Assembly (NCBI GenBank): GCA_963977015.1
Contig: CAXBMO010000004.1
Location: forward strand, 1 to 64,000
DNA length: 64,000 nt
Source of the DNA: an uncultured bacterium
Lineage (GTDB): Bacteria > Verrucomicrobiota > Verrucomicrobiia > Verrucomicrobiales > DEV007
Direction of reading: 5' to 3'
Positions 57,333 through 64,000 of this stretch are shown one piece after another. The notes beneath the pieces are model-generated. The model was not told the DNA's origin and searched no databases. It saw only the letters and a list, made by a program, of their open reading frames with translations. The translations under genes were made by a program, and so were the position numbers. Position 1 is the stretch's first letter, and each line of letters starts with the position of its first letter.

Positions 57333-59408
57333 ATGAAAGGTTTACATCACGTTGGATTGGCGGCTGTCGTTGTCGTCTTGGCCGGCTTTGCGGAGTCGAG
57401 AGCGGCAGAGGAAGGGAACGAAAAACACCCCGAAGAGATCCCCGGCTTGTTGAGCTTCTGGGACTTTCAGGGAGAGGGCGAAGAGCGTCTCACCAGTCGC
57501 GGCAAGCACGCCTACAGGTTGAAGGAGATGCACGGGAAGATTGAGAACGCACCGGAGGGAGTGTTTGGGGATTCCGCGCTGGAAATCCAGCCGTTGCAAT
57601 GGATGATGATCGAGCGGGAGGATTGTCCGGGGCTGAATCTGCACGGTGAGCAAGCGGTGACGATGGTGGCGTGGATCAAGCGAAGTCACAACGGCATCTG
57701 GCAGTACATCGCCGGAGTCTGGAACGAGCGCGATGCCAAGCGGCAGTATGCGTTGTTCACCTGCGGACACAAACAGACCGACTACGTGACCATGGATCGC
57801 AGCGATTGTCGCTACAGGGCGCACGGCTATGTTTCCGAGGTGGGTGGAGCAACCGAGGGAAAACCATACTGTTTTTCTTATGGCACCGGAAAGACGGTGT
57901 TGGAGAAGGAACGTTGGCACATGATCGCGTTTACCTACGATCAGAAGGCGATCCGGGTTTATGTCGATGGCAGGCTGGATGAGAACGGAAACAGCAATCC
58001 GTTTCTGTGGGACAAGCCGATTTTCGATGGCGGGGAGGAAGGCGCGGACTTCACCGTGGCGCAGCGTCCACTTCCGCAATGGCCCGGCTATCCCGATGAG
58101 GCGCCGACCCATTCCGAGGGATTTGCAGGGCTCCTGGGCGGGTTGGCGGTTTACGATCGGAGCCTGACGGACGAAGAAATTGCGGGGCTTTATCAGGCGA
58201 CCATGGCTCAAGAACCGGTTCCAACCTGGGAACTGGGAACGTCGCCTCTCGATCCCGAGGGAATCACCGGGCAGATCGATGTCGTGGATGGCGTGGTCAA
58301 GCTGGACGGCAGCAACGCGTTTTCCATTCCGGCTTCGGCCCTTGGCGAGCAGAAGGACTACACCATCGAGTTCGAGGTCAAGCGACCGGCCGATGTCCAG
58401 TCCAGTGACAAGATCACCCTGCTTTCCAACACGGACGAAACCAATCAGACCGGGCTCGGCCTGAAATACTATCCGCCCTCCTACAACGCCTTCTGGCTGA
58501 TGGTCAATGGGCACCGCACGGTGGAGTATCGCGGATTCCTCAATGACAAGGTCAACAAGGTCACGATCGTGGCGAAGGACGGCCAGTTGATGCTCTTCCG
58601 AAACAGCCTCCTCCTCGCCACCACCGCGGCGGTCGAGCCGAGCTCGCAGCCGCTGGTTTTCGGGAAAGCGAACGCGAAGTTCAGTGGTCCCTACGAGATC
58701 AGCAGTCTCAAGATCTATGACACAACGGTTTATCCGCCGAGCCACGATCCAAACGCCAAGCGGATGCGCTATTATGGCGGGGAGGGCTATTCCATGCAGC
58801 GGGTCGAGCTAACCAACCCGGACTTGCCGCGCATTCTCGTGATCGGCGACTCCATTTCGGGTGGCTATCGCGGATTCCTCACCGAGCGCTACCAGGACCA
58901 GGCAAACATCGACTACTGGCTGACCGGCTACCTCAGCGCCCAGGGCGACAATTCCCCGCTGGAGCGCGCCCTGACCGGCGTCCTCTCCAACGGCCCTTAC
59001 GACGCCGTCACCTTCAACTTCGGACTGCACTGGTGGCCGCATGACGGGCGCTATTCCACGGATGAAAAGTATGTCGCAGAGATGACCAAAGTTGTCGCGT
59101 TAATGCAAAAAGTGGCTCCGGAGACGAAGTTCATCTGGAACCGGACCACGCCGTGGCGGACCACTCCCGAAGACGCCACCCCGACCCTGGAGACGCCCCA
59201 GAACGAGCGCATCATGCACGTCAATCAACTGGCCGACCGGATCATGAACGAGCACGGAATTCCCACCATCGATCTCTATTCGATCGCCGCGGCAAAGCTC
59301 GACACCATCACCCGCAGCTCAAAGGATTCCGTCCACTGGCCCCGCGACGTCTCCGCACTGTTTGCAACAGAAATGGCCGAGGAAATCGACCGGCAACTGC
59401 AAAAATAG
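57333..59408 (+). CDS. Secreted LamG/concanavalin-like domain protein with C-terminal SGNH esterase
   Basis: Signal peptide [72 protein letters not shown]. Confidence 0.75.
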   Translation: MKGLHHVGLAAVVVVLAGFAESRAAEEGNEKHPEEIPGLLSFWDFQGEGEERLTSRGKHAYRLKEMHGKIENAPEGVFGDSALEIQPLQWMMIEREDCPGLNLHGEQAVTMVAWIKRSHNGIWQYIAGVWNERDAKRQYALFTCGHKQTDYVTMDRSDCRYRAHGYVSEVGGATEGKPYCFSYGTGKTVLEKERWHMIAFTYDQKAIRVYVDGRLDENGNSNPFLWDKPIFDGGEEGADFTVAQRPLPQWPGYPDEAPTHSEGFAGLLGGLAVYDRSLTDEEIAGLYQATMAQEPVPTWELGTSPLDPEGITGQIDVVDGVVKLDGSNAFSIPASALGEQKDYTIEFEVKRPADVQSSDKITLLSNTDETNQTGLGLKYYPPSYNAFWLMVNGHRTVEYRGFLNDKVNKVTIVAKDGQLMLFRNSLLLATTAAVEPSSQPLVFGKANAKFSGPYEISSLKIYDTTVYPPSHDPNAKRMRYYGGEGYSMQRVELTNPDLPRILVIGDSISGGYRGFLTERYQDQANIDYWLTGYLSAQGDNSPLERALTGVLSNGPYDAVTFNFGLHWWPHDGRYSTDEKYVAEMTKVVALMQKVAPETKFIWNRTTPWRTTPEDATPTLETPQNERIMHVNQLADRIMNEHGIPTIDLYSIAAAKLDTITRSSKDSVHWPRDVSALFATEMAEEIDRQLQK

Positions 59409-59442
59409 GATGGGCCCCACCAAACCACGTTTCCCAATTTTC

Positions 59443-62400
59443 ATGCGACACCTTCAAAGAATACTGACCGTCATTGCCGTCTCCCTGGCGTTTGGCTCGC
59501 CTCCTGCATCTGCCGTTGAAGGCCGCTATGTCTGTTTCGGGAACGGTCTTTCTCCCATCCTCGGGGTGGCCGAATTTGAAGTCTGGTCCGGCGACGTCAA
59601 CGTGGTGGCGAATCGGGCCGAAGATTTCGAGCTGCTCTGCCTCACCGGTCGCGAACCGGAATCCAACGCGGCTCACCTTCGGAACATGGTGGACGGCAAT
59701 AAAAACACGTTGGAACGCTGGCCTCGCACCCTGGAGCGGTCCGCGGACGGAATGGGTTACAAGGACGGAGCGCTCAGTCTTTGCGCCTTTGAAGTTGATC
59801 TGAAAACGTCGATCCCCATCGACCGAATCGAGTTTTATCGCAGCCGCTACATGCAGGATGACAAGCCCTTCAAACTGTTTCAGGATCTGGGTTGGCGCTA
59901 TCTACTGGTGCTGGATGAGGAACGAAGGATTGTCGCCTGGAATACGTTCAACACTTATCCCGACGACTGGCGGGAACGAGAAGGTCACTGGACGTTTATT
60001 CCGGAACCCGCCGAAGGCGCGCCCGCGGGCAGGGTCGTCCCCCAAGGCAGCTTGAACTGGCTCAGTGAGGCCGAGTTCATCCGGGATTTTCTCGGCAAGC
60101 CCACCATCGATCTGAACGAGAATCTTTCCGGCGAGGATCGTGAACGACTCGAGCAGTTTGAACGCCGCAATGATCCCGAAGAGATCAACAAACTCGGTGA
60201 AACATTCTTCCGGATCGTCGATCTGGATCGACCGGGGATGAAGACGGTCAAGTCACTGGTTGCGGAGCGGCGCTACGCCGAAGCGTTCGAGGCCTTCAAG
60301 GCGCCGTTCTTCGAGACAGTCGGGGTGCTGAAAGACGTGCATGGCGATTTTGAGTACACCTGGATGAGCGATCCCAATTCCCGCTCGGGAATGCGGGCGC
60401 GGGATTTGATGAACCGGGTTTATGGCGACAAGGAGGATCTGACCGTGAAGCAATTCACGCCCGGGCTATTGCCTCCGGGGAGGCTCAAGTTCCCGTTCCA
60501 AATGCGTCCGCTCCTGCTTCAATACGCCTCCACGGGAAATGTGGAAGCGCTCCGCATGTGGGAGTCCATGACCGACGACTGGGCTCTGGGATATCAGGAT
60601 GCCGCCGACAAGGATCCGAAAAAATTGCGCGATCTCTTTGTGCTCGATGGCGGAACCGTGATGGACAACCTGCTGGATCTGGTCAATGCAGCGTCGGACA
60701 ACCCCGGTTTTGTGGCGGATGTTTCGGGCGCAACGTTGGCGCGCTTTCTGATGCCGATTCTGGAAGAGTTTCCGGTCGCGATCTGGAGGGTCTGTCGCAC
60801 CGGCACCTTCAACCATACCTACAACGCCGTCCCCGCCGGCCTGTTGCTTTCCGAAGCGATCATGGATTTTCGCGCAGGCCAGCGGCTCAATCGCGAGATG
60901 CGCGAGGCCTTCCTGCGGCTGTTCACGTATAATATGTATCGCGACGGTTCGATGGTCGAAGTCGGCGACGAAGGCCACTACATGTCGGTCGTGGTGACGC
61001 CGGCAAACCTGTATGGCCTCTACAAGAAGCATGGCCGCCCCGACTGGTTTACTCCCGCGATCGAAACCTACTTTCTGGATCACTATCGGGCGAATGTCTT
61101 GTCGCACGCCAGAAACATTTCTCCAAGCGGGGCTCACGTTCGCTGGAGTGTGTCCGACAACTCGGTCGGTCCCGTCGAATTGGAGCTTGGGCTGCGCAAC
61201 CTGGCTTACCGGAAGCCGTCCCGCGCTGATTACTATTCCGAATTGTGCAGGCCCGTCCTGACCGAGCCGGAGCCGCTGGCGATCATCGACACCGTCTACG
61301 GGCGGGGTCGGGAGCCGTTTGAAATCGAGCCCCGGGCGAGCGGTCAAAAGTCCCTGACTGACTTCTTCAACGAAAACACCGGAGACTACGCCGGTCCTCC
61401 AAAATACCGGTCGGATTGGATGCCCTACACCGGTCTGTGGTATTTTCGCGGTGGCTGGGATCACGAGGATCCGATGCTGCACCTGGTCCATCCCACGATG
61501 CCGAACTGCATGGGCGGGGCGGGTCTTTATCCCGTGACCAACACCTACGGACAGGGAGCCTTCAATACCACCAGCTATCGGTTTCACGACTACGCCAGTC
61601 CCCTCATGACCGGATTGGGAGTTTTGGTGGACGGTCTTCCTCCGTGTCCCGAGGAAGGGCGCGCCCCAAGCGGCAGCAAACAGGAAGTCTTCACTCAGGC
61701 AGCTGAGAAACCGCAGTTTTCCCGGTGGTACAGCGATTCGGAGCTCGACTTCGGCGAGGCGATCTATCGCGGCAACTACCGGAAAGTAGGGGCGGAATTC
61801 GACCACAAGCTCCGCAAACGAGTTGCCTATTCCAGCGAGGAACACGTCGATGGCGTCACCACGACCCGGCAAATTTTTCAGGTTCGCCCGGCGAGACTCT
61901 TCCTCCAGGTTGATCGGCTGCGTTACGCCTCGCCTGAGGAATTGCACACCCAAATGCTCAAGAACACCATGATCCTGATCGATCCCGATGAGGAGACCGA
62001 GGCCACGATTGATCAACTCAAAGTCGATCCCGAGGAACGCCGCATCGTGACGGAAAATCCCGGCAATGCCGGTGTCATGGTGAGCTTGTTTGGCCAACCG
62101 GAACTCGACATCGAGGTAAACGAGAGGGAGATCGGTCATCAGAGTTTCCGGAGATCGCCCACGATCACGCTGGGAGGTTATCGCAAAACCAAGGGGCGTG
62201 AAGTCAAGATTTCCTGGGAAGCACAAGGCGAAACCATTCTGGTGTCGCTGCTGCGTGGCCTGCGCCCTGACGAGTCGCCCATCGCAAAGACGGAGGACTT
62301 GTCCAATGACCAAGTTGCCGCCGTTCGAGCCACCATGAGCGATGGAGTCAACGTGACCTTGCTGGTGTCCCGCCACGAGTCGAGCGAACTGGAAGCCGGG

Positions 62401-63444
62401 CCGATCCGAATCAACGGCGAGGCGCTGCTCTTGGTGGAACAACCCGGCCATGGCATCAGCGGCCTGGTTCTTGGGGCCGAAACGATGTGGCTTGATGAAG
62501 AGACGCAGAAACTGAACTCACCGGATTTTCAATTCGACCTTGGGAATGGCCTGAGCCAAAAGGCGATCCGCCGCCCGATCGATCCCCCAACGATCGGGCC
62601 CGCAGAGACGACCTTTGCGGATTCAACCACGGTCACGATCAGCAGCGAAACGCCTGACGTTCAGATCGAATACATCGCGGAGACGATGGCCGATCAAGGC
62701 GTCAGCGACCAGATTGCCGGACCGCAGCGGAGCAGCGTGAATGCCGAAACCTGGCAGCCCTACGAAGGGCCGTTCCAGATCAAAGCAGACACCTTCATCC
62801 GGGCTCGCGCGCGACGAAACGGCGTCACGCAGATTCCGCAAGGCGCCGCCGGCATGGAAGTGAGCGCGATCAGCTACGGTTTTTTCAAGAAGCAGGCTCC
62901 GTTTCCCGCGATGGCGGAGGCGCCCGGCGAACTGTCACAAGGGTTGCGCTTTGATTATCTGGAAGACCGCTGGTTCGCCCTGTGGTCCTACGCCGATGTC
63001 CTGCCCGCGATCAAAACGGGAACGACAGACACCCTGCTGGACGTCAGCATGCGGGAGACCGAGCAAGAGTTCGGAGTTCGCTATCAAGGTTATCTGGAGA
63101 TTCCCGAAGATGGCGTCTACACCTTCTTTGGGCCGGAAGAATACGTCAATAACCTCTGCGAACCCGGCTATGACCTGCGCGTCTATATCGACGGCCAGGA
63201 ATGGGATCTGGGCCAGACGTGGCATGGGATCGGCCAATGGTCCGTGCCGCTCGAAAAAGGCCTGCATCGGTTCATGGTCACCTTTGCCGATGCCCGCGCC
63301 AAGGATCTGGAGAACCAGCGGATCGACCTCGCCTTCCACTATCCCTGGCCCGAGACGACCTGGCGTGGCGTCGCACCGATTCTGGAGATCTCCGGACCCG
63401 GGTTGGATCGTCAGGCTCTGCCGAATGAGTGGCTGAAACACTAA
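59443..63444 (+). CDS. Large secreted heparinase II/III-like protein with Fn3/CHB_HEX_C-like and PA14-like C-terminal domains
   Basis: Signal peptide; FNH, RDGSMVE..HY, PYTGLWYFRGGW; PTI.P....F....VTISSETP; GLRFDY, FGVRYQGYLEIPEDGVYTF. Confidence 0.6.
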   Translation: MRHLQRILTVIAVSLAFGSPPASAVEGRYVCFGNGLSPILGVAEFEVWSGDVNVVANRAEDFELLCLTGREPESNAAHLRNMVDGNKNTLERWPRTLERSADGMGYKDGALSLCAFEVDLKTSIPIDRIEFYRSRYMQDDKPFKLFQDLGWRYLLVLDEERRIVAWNTFNTYPDDWREREGHWTFIPEPAEGAPAGRVVPQGSLNWLSEAEFIRDFLGKPTIDLNENLSGEDRERLEQFERRNDPEEINKLGETFFRIVDLDRPGMKTVKSLVAERRYAEAFEAFKAPFFETVGVLKDVHGDFEYTWMSDPNSRSGMRARDLMNRVYGDKEDLTVKQFTPGLLPPGRLKFPFQMRPLLLQYASTGNVEALRMWESMTDDWALGYQDAADKDPKKLRDLFVLDGGTVMDNLLDLVNAASDNPGFVADVSGATLARFLMPILEEFPVAIWRVCRTGTFNHTYNAVPAGLLLSEAIMDFRAGQRLNREMREAFLRLFTYNMYRDGSMVEVGDEGHYMSVVVTPANLYGLYKKHGRPDWFTPAIETYFLDHYRANVLSHARNISPSGAHVRWSVSDNSVGPVELELGLRNLAYRKPSRADYYSELCRPVLTEPEPLAIIDTVYGRGREPFEIEPRASGQKSLTDFFNENTGDYAGPPKYRSDWMPYTGLWYFRGGWDHEDPMLHLVHPTMPNCMGGAGLYPVTNTYGQGAFNTTSYRFHDYASPLMTGLGVLVDGLPPCPEEGRAPSGSKQEVFTQAAEKPQFSRWYSDSELDFGEAIYRGNYRKVGAEFDHKLRKRVAYSSEEHVDGVTTTRQIFQVRPARLFLQVDRLRYASPEELHTQMLKNTMILIDPDEETEATIDQLKVDPEERRIVTENPGNAGVMVSLFGQPELDIEVNEREIGHQSFRRSPTITLGGYRKTKGREVKISWEAQGETILVSLLRGLRPDESPIAKTEDLSNDQVAAVRATMSDGVNVTLLVSRHESSELEAGPIRINGEALLLVEQPGHGISGLVLGAETMWLDEETQKLNSPDFQFDLGNGLSQKAIRRPIDPPTIGPAETTFADSTTVTISSETPDVQIEYIAETMADQGVSDQIAGPQRSSVNAETWQPYEGPFQIKADTFIRARARRNGVTQIPQGAAGMEVSAISYGFFKKQAPFPAMAEAPGELSQGLRFDYLEDRWFALWSYADVLPAIKTGTTDTLLDVSMRETEQEFGVRYQGYLEIPEDGVYTFFGPEEYVNNLCEPGYDLRVYIDGQEWDLGQTWHGIGQWSVPLEKGLHRFMVTFADARAKDLENQRIDLAFHYPWPETTWRGVAPILEISGPGLDRQALPNEWLKH

Positions 63445-63531
63445 CGCCAACCCCTCAGACTCCAACCAGTTCGCTGCACGCTTTGGTTCGCGGCATCGAT
63501 GTGAAGGGATTTGTTTGACGCTCGTTCAACC

Positions 63532-64000
63532 TCAACTCCCCTCCCCGCCCGTGGCGCGATAGCCTTTTTCCGGAAACGCCTGGCTGTTCATCGCCTCGCC
63601 GATCCCGTCCCAGTCTTCCGCCGGGCGGACGAAGTTTGGTTCTTCGGTCAGCTCGGTGGCCTCGAAATCCGCGCGTCCCCCGCTGGCCGTTCTGCGAAAT
63701 TTCTGCGCGGTGTTGGAAATCAGACAGTCGGTCAGGGTAATCGGCCCCTTGGCCCGGTCGTCGGTCATCGCCGCCACCTTCAGCGCGTGAAAGGTGCAGC
63801 GATTCGCGGTCACTGCCGGGCCATTGCTCCACAGCCCGGTCCCGGCCCAACCGGCAAAACAGTTTTCCAGCGAACCACCCGTCCAAATCCGGAAATTGCG
63901 CGAGTTGCGCAGAGCAACGCAGTCGATCAACTGCACTCCCGGGACTTTGAGGTCGAACCCGGCATCCTGATTGCGGATCGCGCGGCAACGCACGAATTTG
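63532..64000 (-). CDS. C-terminal part of a right-handed parallel beta-helix protein (start lies outside the window)
   Basis: C.A.RN.DAGFDLK, DCVALRN.RNFRIW, RCTF, DCLI beta-helix repeats; frame is open to the edge. Confidence 0.6.
   Translation of the reverse strand, partial: KFVRCRAIRNQDAGFDLKVPGVQLIDCVALRNSRNFRIWTGGSLENCFAGWAGTGLWSNGPAVTANRCTFHALKVAAMTDDRAKGPITLTDCLISNTAQKFRRTASGGRADFEATELTEEPNFVRPAEDWDGIGEAMNSQAFPEKGYRATGGEGS

Noticed and set aside
60466-62451. 661-aa antisense ORF, and similar long shadow ORFs (2838-4019, 37385-38632, 51851-52789, 57342-58745)
   Set aside because: They lie antisense to well-supported genes, have no motifs, and are expected from GC-rich codon bias.
1-64000. 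tRNA, rRNA, integrase or transposase marking the glycan locus as an island
   Set aside because: None was recognisable by eye. Only compositional patchiness suggests horizontal assembly.

Overview
Bacterial chromosomal window, most likely from the PVC superphylum (probably Verrucomicrobia, inferred from paired DUF1549/DUF1553-DUF1501 genes, a sulfatase and heptamer/REP-type repeats). The left ~37 kb is a minus-strand surface-glycan locus that probably continues past the left edge. It is headed by a GbsR/MarR-type regulator, with a divergent WaaL-like ligase. It encodes pseudaminic acid synthesis (pseB, C, F, G, I), but the pseH slot holds a four-gene cassette (PLP enzyme, methyltransferase, FAD oxidoreductase, WbqC). 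It also carries a second WbqC next to an acyl carrier protein, an SDR and a stand-alone adenylation enzyme, a VioA-like amino-sugar cassette, three sulfotransferases, an O-methyltransferase, OafA, an ABC flippase, KdsD and a second NeuB-type synthase fused to a cupin isomerase. The right ~27 kb has two PSD1/DUF1501 pairs with a sulfatase and a sialate O-acetylesterase, mogA/moaC, rlpA, trpB, a BtuF-like/DUF6580 pair, DUF3500 and secreted polysaccharide-active proteins. It also holds several intergenic repeat elements. The best candidate new system is the WbqC-centred, partly carrier-protein-dependent tailoring of nonulosonic and amino sugars. I saw no rRNA, tRNA, CRISPR array or transposase. 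All family calls come from motif recognition, not database searches.
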